Shown here one piece after another: positions 1 through 9,476 of a stretch of DNA of 64,000 bases. Every line of letters begins with the position of its first letter. Within the stretch, counting starts at the first letter, position 1. Below the pieces are notes generated by a model. That model ran no database searches and had not been told where the DNA came from. It saw only the letters and a list, made by a program, of their open reading frames with translations. Source of the DNA: Eubacteriales bacterium (GTDB taxonomy: Bacteria > Bacillota > Clostridia > Oscillospirales > CAG-382); the NCBI GenBank assembly GCA_045541355.1, contig JAZQIW010000046.1, forward strand, positions 3,733-67,732. Direction: 5' to 3'. Both the position numbers and the translations under genes were made by a program.

Positions 1-75
1 CACCCTTCAATGAGTGATATAATTATGATGAAATATTTTACAGATGTATTTTCTTGAAGCACAGGGAGATTTGTG

Positions 76-1173
76 ATGAAAAAAATGTTAATACGCGGTG
101 CTGCCCTCTGCCTTGCACTTGTGATGACGGTGCTTTGCACGGTTTCGTGCTCTGAAAAGAATGAGGGAGCAGTAATAAGATACGTGTCGGATGACGGAAA
201 GACAACAGCAACGCTTGACAGCAGCTTTATGTCTCTTTGGATTGCCGTTCAGAACTACCAGTACTTATCATATATTTCGGCGTTTGATGCGGCGCAGGGC
301 TGGGATACCGTGGTGGATAAGCAGACGGGTGCCCGCCTTAAAGATGTCATGCTTGACGAGGCGGTAAGAACGGCATCGAGTATGCTTGAGGCAGAGTATC
401 TTCACGATAATGTTTATAAGATTGAGTTTTCCGATGAGCAGGAGGACTCGGTAAATGAGTATATTAACAGTCTTGTTGTCTCAAAGGGCTCACAGAAGGC
501 TCTTGAAAGCGAGCTTTCAATGTACGGCACAAGCATTTCTGCACTCAGAAGGTATATGACTCTTATGCTTAAGTATGAAACCCTCTATGAGAGCTTCTAT
601 AACGAAAACGGTATAAGAAAAATTACCGAGCAGCAAAAGCAGAGTTATTTTGAAGAAAATTACGCCATAATTGACCACATCCTCTTTGATATGCGAGGAA
701 AACAGAAGGATGACGGAACGGTTATTCCTCTTACAGAGGAGGAGGAAAACGCAAAAACGGCGGCGGCAGAGGAGCTTTATTCGGCAATAAGCGCGGGCGT
801 TGTCGGCTTTGACGAGGCAAAGGAGCTTTATAATGAGGATGCCTACGCCGAGCAGTATCCCTTCGGATATTTTGTCACTGACGATAATACCTTCTGGTCA
901 GAGTTCCAGCATGCTGCTCTTGAAATGCAGGAGGGCGAGATAAGACTTGTCCGCACCTATGCGGGACTTCATATAATGAGAAAAAATCCCATGAAGGGTG
1001 AGCTTTATACCAGCAACGGCAACTTTTATGACTCGCTCGGAACAATTCTTTCGCAGGAGGATTTCCTTCTTCAGCTTGAAGGGGTGTCCGACGGCATTGC
1101 CGTAAATGATTCGGCGGCAGAAAAGCTTGATGTATCGCTTATTAAGCCTTTTGCCTTCGACAGCTATAAGTAG
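76..1173 (+). CDS. PrsA/SurA-like secreted foldase lipoprotein (putative)
   Basis: ATG at 76 lies 6 nt after AGGGAGA; the ORF-track start at 73 is an in-frame GTG. The N-terminal signal peptide ends in Cys (VLCTVSC). The C-terminal part has a degenerate parvulin-like stretch (FGYFV...GEIRLVRTYAGLHIMRK). Confidence 0.45.
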   Translation: MKKMLIRGAALCLALVMTVLCTVSCSEKNEGAVIRYVSDDGKTTATLDSSFMSLWIAVQNYQYLSYISAFDAAQGWDTVVDKQTGARLKDVMLDEAVRTASSMLEAEYLHDNVYKIEFSDEQEDSVNEYINSLVVSKGSQKALESELSMYGTSISALRRYMTLMLKYETLYESFYNENGIRKITEQQKQSYFEENYAIIDHILFDMRGKQKDDGTVIPLTEEEENAKTAAAEELYSAISAGVVGFDEAKELYNEDAYAEQYPFGYFVTDDNTFWSEFQHAALEMQEGEIRLVRTYAGLHIMRKNPMKGELYTSNGNFYDSLGTILSQEDFLLQLEGVSDGIAVNDSAAEKLDVSLIKPFAFDSYK

Positions 1174-1184
1174 AGGTCGAAAAC

Positions 1185-1706
1185 ATGGCTGTAAAGTATA
1201 AAAACAACGACCGCAGAATGTATATTTTTCTTGCGGTGTCATCACTTATAGTATTTCTTCTTTCGGCATCGGTAATGCCCTTTTCCATGAAGCCGACGGC
1301 AGACCTTATGCTTTGCTTTGTCGTTGTGATACCCTGCTTTGCAAGCAAGAAGGCAGCGTATGTGACGGCGGTGCTGCTTGGTTTTTTTGCCGATTTGTTT
1401 ATAAATGCACCCACCTGCTTTTCGCCTGTTGTGTATCTTGCGTGTACGGCAATTGTTCCGCTGTTTCACAGATACTTTGCAAGGATGCGTTTTACAACGG
1501 CGGCGGTGTGTGCTATCCCGTCAATTGCACTTCGTGCCCTTGTCGGAACGGTAACGCTTATGGCAAGCTTCAAGGGGGCAACTCTTTCCTCGGTGCTTAC
1601 CCGTGTGATTTTGCCCGAGATGGTTATAAATTTCGCATTTACGCTTGTCTGTGCGTTTGTTTGTATATTTGTTGTCGAAAAATTCAGAATAAACCGAGCT
1701 TTGTAA
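1185..1706 (+). CDS. small polytopic membrane protein, MreD-like (tentative)
   Basis: 173 aa with about 5 hydrophobic segments and an LLGFFADLF motif reminiscent of MreD. No mreC lies upstream, so the call is weak. Confidence 0.3.
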   Translation: MAVKYKNNDRRMYIFLAVSSLIVFLLSASVMPFSMKPTADLMLCFVVVIPCFASKKAAYVTAVLLGFFADLFINAPTCFSPVVYLACTAIVPLFHRYFARMRFTTAAVCAIPSIALRALVGTVTLMASFKGATLSSVLTRVILPEMVINFAFTLVCAFVCIFVVEKFRINRAL

Positions 1707-1726
1707 TTCGGAAAACGGAGGTTAAT

Positions 1727-2968
1727 ATGTCTTTTGAAACAGCTAATGCTGCAGTAGGCCAGTCGGGAGGACCGACAAGTGCGATAAACGCAACACTTGC
1801 AGGTGTTATAAAGGGCTGTCTTGACAGCGAGAAAATAGACAGAATCTACGGAATGAAAAACGGAATTGAAGGTCTTGAAAGGGAGGACCTGATTGAGCTT
1901 AATTCCTACTTTGATAAAAAACCGGGACAGCTTGATCTTCTTGCGGCAACTCCTGCAGCCTCTCTCGGCTCATGCCGCAGAAAACTTAAGAGCGACGAGG
2001 AGATTGAGGCAATTTATAAGATTCTTGAAAAATATAACATCCGCTACTTCTTTTACATAGGCGGAAATGACAGCATGGACACAATCTCAAAGCTGTCGGA
2101 TTACGCAAAGAGAAATGCAGACAAGGGTGTCTTTGACGTAAAGCTTATCGGAGTTCCCAAGACCATAGATAACGACCTTGATGTGACCGACCATACCCCC
2201 GGCTACGGCTCTGCCGCAAAGTTTGTGGCAACGGTTATGCAGGAAATCTGCCGCGACTGTGCCGTTTATACAAAGAAGGCGGTTACGGTTGTTGAAATCA
2301 TGGGAAGAGATGCAGGCTGGCTGACGGCTTCCGCAGCACTTTCGGGTTATCTTACGGGGGCGGGCCCTGACCTTATTTACCTTCCCGAGAGAGTGTTCGA
2401 CGAGGAAGCCTTTATTGCACAGGTTAATAAAAAGCTTCAGAATCCCAAAAAGCCTTATGTGGTTGTTGCAATCTCAGAGGGCATAAGGCTTGCCGACGGA
2501 ACATATGTGGGCGAGAAAAAGACCTCCTCCTACGATGATCCCTTCGGACATAAAATGCTTGCAGGTGCGGGCAAGGTTCTCGAAAGCCTGATAACCGAAA
2601 AAATCGGATGTAAGTGCAGGTCGGTCGAACTCAATGTTCTGCAAAGATGTGCCTCCCATGTTGCCTCCAAGTGCGATATCGACGAGTCAAGACGTATAGG
2701 AGAGTCGGCGGTAAGACACGCACTCAGGGGTGACAGCGCGGTTATGGTGTGCTTCAGACGCCTTAAAAACGGCGGTGATTACAGAGTGGAGATTTTCGCA
2801 GAGAATGTTGACAATGTCGCAAACAAGGTAAAGAGCGTTCCAGATAATTTCATTCTCTCCGACGGAACGGGTGTAAATGATAAGTGTATTGACTATATGC
2901 TTCCGCTGATAAAGGGAGAAAACGAGGTAATATACGAGGACGGACTGCCTGTACATTTTGAATTTTGA
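1727..2968 (+). CDS. 6-phosphofructokinase, PfkA family (about 413 aa; possibly PPi-dependent type)
   Basis: Motifs GGNDSMDT, PKTIDNDL and MGRDAGWL. ATG at 1727 follows GGAGG (1716-1720). The 551-aa track ORF starting at 1313 is an upstream read-through overlapping the previous gene. Confidence 0.85.
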   Translation: MSFETANAAVGQSGGPTSAINATLAGVIKGCLDSEKIDRIYGMKNGIEGLEREDLIELNSYFDKKPGQLDLLAATPAASLGSCRRKLKSDEEIEAIYKILEKYNIRYFFYIGGNDSMDTISKLSDYAKRNADKGVFDVKLIGVPKTIDNDLDVTDHTPGYGSAAKFVATVMQEICRDCAVYTKKAVTVVEIMGRDAGWLTASAALSGYLTGAGPDLIYLPERVFDEEAFIAQVNKKLQNPKKPYVVVAISEGIRLADGTYVGEKKTSSYDDPFGHKMLAGAGKVLESLITEKIGCKCRSVELNVLQRCASHVASKCDIDESRRIGESAVRHALRGDSAVMVCFRRLKNGGDYRVEIFAENVDNVANKVKSVPDNFILSDGTGVNDKCIDYMLPLIKGENEVIYEDGLPVHFEF

Positions 2969-3070
2969 TTTGTTTTTAACGGCGTGTGAATACTTAAGGA
3001 AGCATTCTGTGCAAAATGTGTATGAACACAAAAAAATGATGTGCAGAGTGACTAAAAAAGCATTATACAC

Positions 3071-3099
3071 TTGACAGAAGAATACTTTTGGTGTACAAT
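3071..3099 (+). promoter_or_regulatory. sigma-A type promoter (TTGACA-17-TACAAT)
   Basis: TTGACA at 3071-3076, a 17-nt spacer, then TACAAT at 3094-3099, upstream of the lipoprotein gene. Confidence 0.55.
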
Positions 3100-3188
3100 A
3101 AAATAGTTAAAATAGCATAAAAACCTGTTTGTTCTTCAAATACTTGGTATTTGGGGCAAAAATCACTTTTCGGGAGGAACCACGGCAA

Positions 3189-5000
3189 ATGAAATCTAAG
3201 AGACTTCTTTCAATCGTACTTGCTCTTGTAATGGTTGTTTCCACAGTTCTTATGAGCGGCTGTTCAAATGCCACAAACAGCGACGAGAACTCTGCAAACA
3301 GCACCAGCACAAGAGCAATAACAGCCCTCAATATGTATATCATCACTGAGGACTCTACAACAACCGAGGCTGCAAATAAGGTGCAGATGGAGATTAACAG
3401 AATCCTTTTACCCGAATATAAGACAATGCTTAAGATAAATTACCTTACGGCAGACGAATACTGGGATGTGGTTGAGGCGGCTCTTGAAGAGACAGACCCC
3501 GCAAACAGCATCGATGAAACGGGCAAGTTTATAGGCGACCTTTCAAATGCTGAGGTTGTCGGAACCGAAAAGCTCGGCTTTAACCAGCTTATCGACTTCA
3601 TTTTCGATGAAGAAACAACCGACATTACACTCACAAAGCCCCAGATTGATATCCTTGTTGTAGACGATTACGAAAAGTATTATGAGCTTGCAAACAATGA
3701 AAAGCTTGTATCCCTCAATTCATACCTCGACTATGACAGCAAGGTGCTCAAGACATATATTTATCCCACACTTCTCTCCGCAGCAAGAGTGGGCAAGGAA
3801 ACCTACGGTGTTCCCACAAACTTCGGTGTAAATCCCGGTGACTATACATACTTTGTATTCAACAAGGATCTCCTTGAAAAGTATGGCTATGAGGTTAAGG
3901 ATCTCAGAGTTTATTCCGGTCCCAAGTTTGCCGAGTATCTTGCAACGATTAAGGCAAACGAACCCGGCGTATGGCCGATATCGGGTGAATGTCACGTTGC
4001 GGGTGCGGAATATTTTGAAAACTCCTTTGTATCCGTGGCAAGCCAGCTCAACTATCTTGCAAACAGCTGTAACCCCACCTTCATGGAAGCAACACATATG
4101 AGCAATCTCAAGGCTATTGCAAGTTACAGAGAACTCGGCTACTTCCCTGCACAGGAAATTCCCGGCGCAAAGTACGCAATAAGAATTGAAAAGTCTCCCG
4201 AGCTTTTTGCAGAAAAGGAATGGACAGACGAGACGGGCACAACATACGTAAGAATGCTTTACGATATTCCCAGAGTTACAATTGATGAAGCCTTTGCAAG
4301 CGCAATGTGCGTAAGTGCAACATCTCCCGTTCCCGACAGAGCTATGGAAATCATCACACTCTTCAATACAAACCCCGAGCTTGCAAACCTTCTCCAGTAC
4401 GGTATTGAAGGCGAAAACTATATCTATAATACACTTGATGATACAATTACAATGCTTGATGACAGCTATTCCATGAATAACCTTATTACAGGCAACACTT
4501 ACATCAAGTATCCCCCCAACAACGACAAGTCATATGTTGAAACGTCAAAAGAGGCAAACCTTAACTCTGCACCCAGTGCGTTCCTCGGCTTCAATCCTCA
4601 GTTTGATTCCAAGTCCGAAGAAAGCCAGTATGAATGTGTAAAGGCAGTGCTTCAGACGGCTCAGGAGGCTGTTGATAACGGCGCTGACATCGAAACCGTC
4701 AGAAAATCGGTAAGCACAGAGCTTGTTGCTCTCGGATATGCGTATGTTGGCACAACAGAGCTTGGCGGTATCTTCGGTAAGGTACAGCAGGCTCAGGCAA
4801 GCCAGTCGAAGCTTATTGCTCAGGGCTTTGGAGTGTCACAGGACATCGTCACTTATAATGAACCCTACGGCATTTTCCTTCAGGCGGCTCCCAAGGAAGA
4901 ACCTGAGGAAGAAGCAGTTGAAGGCGAAGAAACAGAGGCTGAAGGCGAAGAGTCTGCGGCTGAGGGTGAAGAGACACCTGCCGAGGAAGCAGCTGAATAA
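3189..5000 (+). CDS. large extracellular solute-binding lipoprotein (ABC-type sugar-binding family, putative) with Glu-rich C-terminal tail
   Basis: ATG at 3189 gives MKSKRLLSIVLALVMVVSTVLMSGC, a signal peptide with lipobox. About 600 aa, the size of LplA-like binding proteins. The C-terminus is PKEEPEEEAVEGEETEAEGEESAAEGEETPAEEAAE. No permease or ATPase gene is adjacent. Confidence 0.5.
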   Translation: MKSKRLLSIVLALVMVVSTVLMSGCSNATNSDENSANSTSTRAITALNMYIITEDSTTTEAANKVQMEINRILLPEYKTMLKINYLTADEYWDVVEAALEETDPANSIDETGKFIGDLSNAEVVGTEKLGFNQLIDFIFDEETTDITLTKPQIDILVVDDYEKYYELANNEKLVSLNSYLDYDSKVLKTYIYPTLLSAARVGKETYGVPTNFGVNPGDYTYFVFNKDLLEKYGYEVKDLRVYSGPKFAEYLATIKANEPGVWPISGECHVAGAEYFENSFVSVASQLNYLANSCNPTFMEATHMSNLKAIASYRELGYFPAQEIPGAKYAIRIEKSPELFAEKEWTDETGTTYVRMLYDIPRVTIDEAFASAMCVSATSPVPDRAMEIITLFNTNPELANLLQYGIEGENYIYNTLDDTITMLDDSYSMNNLITGNTYIKYPPNNDKSYVETSKEANLNSAPSAFLGFNPQFDSKSEESQYECVKAVLQTAQEAVDNGADIETVRKSVSTELVALGYAYVGTTELGGIFGKVQQAQASQSKLIAQGFGVSQDIVTYNEPYGIFLQAAPKEEPEEEAVEGEETEAEGEESAAEGEETPAEEAAE

Positions 5001-5022
5001 TTTGCTTTGTAATATGTAAATG

Positions 5023-5064
5023 AAAGCGGAGATGTGTAAAGCATCTCCGCTTTGTGCTTTTTTT
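5023..5064 (+). terminator. rho-independent terminator
   Basis: Arms AAAGCGGAGATG and CATCTCCGCTTT form the hairpin, followed by a T-run at 5057-5064. Confidence 0.8.
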
Positions 5065-5278
5065 GAACCGCATTTTTTTCACAACTCCCGCAAAAATGTC
5101 TGATACCGTGAAGGTCACAACAATGCAAAGAATGTGAAAAAGAGATAAATTATGAAAAAGTAAGGAACATTTTGCCCGCCATTTACGTCTAAAGAACAAT
5201 CGGAGGCAGTAAACGTCAAACTACGTACACGAAAAAAGTAAAAAAATAAAAAATATCGTGAAAAATTTCAAAAAAGAC

Positions 5279-5307
5279 TTGTCAAAACTAAAATAATAGT
5301 GTATTAT
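5279..5307 (+). promoter_or_regulatory. sigma-A type promoter (TTGTCA-17-TATTAT)
   Basis: TTGTCA at 5279-5284 and TATTAT at 5302-5307, preceded by TG. It lies about 65 nt upstream of the SLH gene. Confidence 0.5.
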
Positions 5308-5373
5308 ATAAGCGAGTAACTGCCGATGTAAAAACAAACGTCGGAAATCCAATCAGGAAAGGAAAGAAAACAA

Positions 5374-8300
5374 ATGAAAAGATTCGGAAAAGTAACCGTA
5401 ATTGCACTTGTTTCTCTCTGTATGGCTCTTGTTCTTGCAGCTACATCCTTTGCAGCTGACCTCAAGGACGTTAAGGGACATTGGGCTGAGGAATATATCG
5501 AATACGGTATCGAAAAAGGCTATATTTCAGGCTACGCTGAAGACAATACCTTCAGACCTGACAATACAGTAACAAGAGCGGAATTTTCCAAAATGCTCAA
5601 TAACGCTGTAAAGATTACTGCAACATCTGCGGTTAATTTCAGCGACGTTAAGAAGTCTGACTGGTACTATGCAGAGCTCCAGAAGGCTTCATATGCAGGC
5701 TATATCGCAGGCTACACCGACGGCACCTTCAAGCCTAACGGCAACATTACCCGTCAGGAAGCTGCAGTAGTTCTCTCCAGAATCGTAACACCCACAACAC
5801 AGAGAGCATCCGTAGCTGACTTCAAGGACGGCACAAAGATTGCTTCATGGGCATCCGATGCTGTTAAGATGATTGCTGCAAAGGGTTACATAAAGGGCGA
5901 TGAAAACGCAAACTTCATTCCCGAAGGAAACCTCACACGTGCACAGGCTGCAAAGCTTATCTGCGAATTTGTAAAGAACGAAAAGATTGTTAACGGCGCA
6001 TACTCCATTAATAAGGAAACAACTCTTTCCGAAACACTCTTTACAGACGGTGTTGTATTCAAGGCAGGCGAAAATGACGGCGTTGTATTTGAAAACGTTC
6101 GCGTTCTCGGTTCTGTTAACGTACAGTCCGACGAAGCTGTGGTTGAACTCAGAAACTCCGTAGTTGCTGAACTTAAGAACAACGGCGGCGACAAAACATC
6201 CGTTTCCGCTGACAATGATTCCAAGGTAGCAGAAGTTGTTGCTTACTACCCCATGGGTCTCTCCGGTGACGTATTTGAAAAGGTTGTTCTTTCCGGCGGC
6301 GAGCTCGACGGCGACACAATCACACTTTCCGGTAAGTTTGCTCTCGTAGAGGTATCCTCAGACGTTACACTTAAGGTTACCGGTACAGTAGAAAAGCTTA
6401 ACGTTCTCACAAAGTCCAATGTTTCCATTCAGGCAGGTAAGGTAACTGAAATTGAAGTTAATAAGAATGCAAAGAACTCTGTTATTACACTTGCAAAGAA
6501 TGTTAAGGTTGAAACAGCAACAAATAATGCAGAAGTTTCCTACCTCGGTGACGGTACAATCACAAAGGCTAACAACACTGTTAAGGGCGTAACATTTGAA
6601 ACAGCTCCTTCCAAGGTTGTAGGCGAAAAGGCGGGCGAGGCTGATGATAAGGATGAAGACAAGGACGACGAAGATGAAGACGAAGACGAATTCTTCGCAG
6701 ATGTAACCTTCTCTCCCACAAAGGGCAAGACAAAGGTTAGTCCTTATACATCCATCATTCTTACATTCGATGAAAAGCTTTACGATGAAGACGAAAAGAA
6801 TATCGACTCCGATTACGTTGAAGAAAACTTCGAGCTTCGTAAGAAGACATCAACAGGCACAAAGGTAGACTTCTCTGCAACATATTCCTCAACAACACAG
6901 AAGATTACAATTATCCCCGATGATGACCTTGATGAAGGTATCAAGTACTATGTAGTTATCCCCAAGGATACACTTTACTATAAGGACGGCTCTTCCAACG
7001 AAAAGCTCGCTACTTACTACTTCACAACAGCAGGCTCTTCAAGCGGCGGTGCAGGCGGCGGTTCTTCAAGCTCCGACGACGATGATGACGATGATGACGA
7101 TGTAAGCTCCATCGTTCCCAAGAACGGTGCAGAGGATGTAGAGGTTGATACAGATATCACAATCAAGTTCGCATATAAGCTCTATGACAAGAAGGGCAAC
7201 GAAGCTGACGAGGATTACCTCATTGATGAAGAAGTATTCTCCATCCACGAAGGCTCCAAGACAGGCGACGAGATTGACTTCGACCTCGAGCTTGACTCCA
7301 CAGGCAAGAAGGTAACTCTTACACCCGAAGACGACCTTAAGGACGGCGAAGATTACTACGTAATCATCAAGAGCGGTGTTATCGAAAACAAGAGCGGCTC
7401 TTCTGTTCCCAAGAAGACATTCAGCTTCACAACAGAAGGCGCTGAAAAGATTACAATGTTCCCCGCAGACGGTGCTACAAACATCAGCCTCAACCCTGAA
7501 ATCGTTATCACCTTCAAGGAAGATATGCTTGACGATGATGAGGATGAAGTATCCGAAGAATATATCGAAGATATTCTTACACTTAAGCAGGGCACAAAGA
7601 CTATTGATTATGCAGTTGATATAGTTGACGCAGCTAAGTGGGTTATCACCCCCGACGATCTTGATGAAAACAAGACATATACACTCACAATCAAGGCTAA
7701 GAAGCTTATCGGTGCTGACAGCGAAACAAAGAACGAGCTCTTTACCTCCAAGTTCACAACAGCAGGTAAGCTTGTTCCCGTAGTATATCCCGCAGAAGGC
7801 GAAACAGGCGTTTCCACATCTGCAAAGATTAAGGTTTCCTTTATTGATACAGTATATTCCGATAAGGACAAGGGCGAAGTAACAGAGGATTACCTCACAG
7901 ACGGAGACGGATACTCCGATAAGACGAGCGATCCCATTACACTCAGAAAGACAAAGGCAACAGGTACAGTAGTTAAGTGTACAGTTGAAATTGAAGACGA
8001 CGGTAAGACAATCGTTCTTGTACCCGACGAAGCTCTTGAAAAGGATGCTAAGTACTGCGTAGTTATCAAGTCTAAGGCATTCTATAACAAGTCCGGTACA
8101 GCAGGCGCAAGCTACTCCGGTATCTTTGATACAAACGGCGCATTCAAGGCAACATTCAGCCCCAAGGATGACGCAAAGAACGTTGATATTGATTCTAAGC
8201 TCACAGTAACCTTCAATGACACAGTTTGCAATGCAGAAGGTGACGAATACGATAAGTCTGACCTTGAAGAGCTCGTAGCTCTCTACGAAGGTAAGGACGA

Positions 8301-9120
8301 CAGCGGCGAAGCAGTTGAGTTTGAGCTTTCTCTCAACTCTGCAGGCACAAAGCTTACAGTAACACCTAAGGAAGACCTCAAGGGCTCAACCTTCTATACA
8401 CTCGTTCTTTCCGGCGATTCTATGTATAATGAAGACGGCGAGGCACTCGGTGCTCAGGCAATTACATTCAAGACAGAAGTTTACGTTGATGATGAAATCG
8501 AAGTAGATCCCGAAAGCGGTGACAAGAATATTGCTGTAAATGCAACACCCACAATCACCTTCGGCAGCCCCATCTTCGACGATGACGGTGACTCTGTAAC
8601 AAGCAAGTATGCTACAAAGTATATCTACCTCAGCACAAGCTCCACATCCAAGGGCGATATCGAGGACTACACAGTTGAAGTAAATGAAGACGGCACACAG
8701 TTCAAAATCGTTCCCGATAAGAACCTTGAAAGAAATAAGAAGTACTATATCATTATTGATAAGGACAGATTCTTCTACGAAGACGAAACTGACATTTCCG
8801 AATCCGACGATTTCAAGAGCTCCTGGAACTTCACAACAGTTGCACCCGAAATCGAAATCACAGATGTAGTAGCTGAAGAAGGCAGTGTTTCCGTGACATT
8901 TACGACAGACTGCGACGGCGAGGTTGGTGCAACAGTTACTCTTAAGGGTAAGACTACCGCTATTGCAAAGGCAACAGCTGATGAATATGAAGCAGGTGAA
9001 TACACTATCACAATTGAGGATGAAGACCTCGTTGCAGGTAAGGAATACACCGTAAAGCTTGCCTTTGAAGACGAAGACGGCGCAAAGGCAACTGATACAG
9101 ATAACTTCTCCATCGAGTAA
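5374..9120 (+). CDS. SLH-anchored cell-surface protein with tandem Ig-like modules
   Basis: Signal peptide, then three SLH repeats (LKDVKGHWAEEYIEYG..., FSDVKKSDWYYAELQKA..., FKDGTKIASWASDAVKM...). These are followed by six tandem modules of about 100-115 aa, plus poly-Asp and Ser/Gly linkers. Confidence 0.85.
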   Translation: MKRFGKVTVIALVSLCMALVLAATSFAADLKDVKGHWAEEYIEYGIEKGYISGYAEDNTFRPDNTVTRAEFSKMLNNAVKITATSAVNFSDVKKSDWYYAELQKASYAGYIAGYTDGTFKPNGNITRQEAAVVLSRIVTPTTQRASVADFKDGTKIASWASDAVKMIAAKGYIKGDENANFIPEGNLTRAQAAKLICEFVKNEKIVNGAYSINKETTLSETLFTDGVVFKAGENDGVVFENVRVLGSVNVQSDEAVVELRNSVVAELKNNGGDKTSVSADNDSKVAEVVAYYPMGLSGDVFEKVVLSGGELDGDTITLSGKFALVEVSSDVTLKVTGTVEKLNVLTKSNVSIQAGKVTEIEVNKNAKNSVITLAKNVKVETATNNAEVSYLGDGTITKANNTVKGVTFETAPSKVVGEKAGEADDKDEDKDDEDEDEDEFFADVTFSPTKGKTKVSPYTSIILTFDEKLYDEDEKNIDSDYVEENFELRKKTSTGTKVDFSATYSSTTQKITIIPDDDLDEGIKYYVVIPKDTLYYKDGSSNEKLATYYFTTAGSSSGGAGGGSSSSDDDDDDDDDVSSIVPKNGAEDVEVDTDITIKFAYKLYDKKGNEADEDYLIDEEVFSIHEGSKTGDEIDFDLELDSTGKKVTLTPEDDLKDGEDYYVIIKSGVIENKSGSSVPKKTFSFTTEGAEKITMFPADGATNISLNPEIVITFKEDMLDDDEDEVSEEYIEDILTLKQGTKTIDYAVDIVDAAKWVITPDDLDENKTYTLTIKAKKLIGADSETKNELFTSKFTTAGKLVPVVYPAEGETGVSTSAKIKVSFIDTVYSDKDKGEVTEDYLTDGDGYSDKTSDPITLRKTKATGTVVKCTVEIEDDGKTIVLVPDEALEKDAKYCVVIKSKAFYNKSGTAGASYSGIFDTNGAFKATFSPKDDAKNVDIDSKLTVTFNDTVCNAEGDEYDKSDLEELVALYEGKDDSGEAVEFELSLNSAGTKLTVTPKEDLKGSTFYTLVLSGDSMYNEDGEALGAQAITFKTEVYVDDEIEVDPESGDKNIAVNATPTITFGSPIFDDDGDSVTSKYATKYIYLSTSSTSKGDIEDYTVEVNEDGTQFKIVPDKNLERNKKYYIIIDKDRFFYEDETDISESDDFKSSWNFTTVAPEIEITDVVAEEGSVSVTFTTDCDGEVGATVTLKGKTTAIAKATADEYEAGEYTITIEDEDLVAGKEYTVKLAFEDEDGAKATDTDNFSIE
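6700..8838 (+). repeat. six tandem coding repeats (Ig-like modules, about 100-115 aa each) inside the SLH protein
   Basis: Each module starts with a pattern like (V/I)xPxxGxxxVxxxxxIxxxF and ends with (Y/F)xFTT. Boundaries were read from the translation and are approximate. Confidence 0.7.
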
Positions 9121-9156
9121 GAAGAAGCTGAATAAGCTGTAATCAGAACGATTTTA

Positions 9157-9190
9157 AGCCCTTCCGCTTTAGGCGGAAGGGCTTCTTTGT
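9157..9190 (+). terminator. rho-independent terminator of the SLH gene
   Basis: Hairpin AAGCCCTTCCGC-TTTA-GGCGGAAGGGCTT followed by CTTTGTT. Confidence 0.75.
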
Positions 9191-9346
9191 TGCAAAATAA
9201 ATTTCAAAAATTCTTTGCGTTGCTTTCTTATAAGAAAGCGACCGGGTTTCCAAAGGCGAGAAGCCTTTGGTCGCTGTCCGCAGACAGCGAAACTTCTTAG
9301 TGCTTAAAACAGCGCAGGAAAGGTGAATTTTTTAATCATAAAGGGC

Positions 9347-9380
9347 AAAAAAGAGGAAAACCCTCGCCGGGGGTTTTCCT
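9347..9380 (-). terminator. rho-independent terminator (minus strand), probable spoIVA terminator
   Basis: Arms AGGAAAACCC and GGGTTTTCCT form the hairpin. The A-run at 9347-9352 on the plus strand gives a U-tract on the minus strand. Confidence 0.6.
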
Positions 9381-9412
9381 GAAATATGCAACTGCTCTTT
9401 CAAAATGACTTA

Positions 9413-9444
9413 GCCCCTCCGCTTTGGGCGGAAGGGCTTTTTCC
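9413..9444 (+). terminator. terminator-like hairpin with T-run, near-copy of the 9157 terminator
   Basis: GCCCCTCCGC-TTTG-GGCGGAAGGGC followed by TTTTT. It differs from the 9157-9183 hairpin at only 2 positions. Confidence 0.55.
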
Positions 9445-9476
9445 TGCGCATTGAATTGTATTTCCTATGCAGCTTG

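Noticed and set aside
1313-1726. N-terminal 138 codons of the 551-aa track ORF upstream of the phosphofructokinase
   Set aside because: This Cys-rich sequence overlaps the 1185-1706 membrane-protein gene in another frame. PFK homology starts at the ATG at 1727, which has its own GGAGG.
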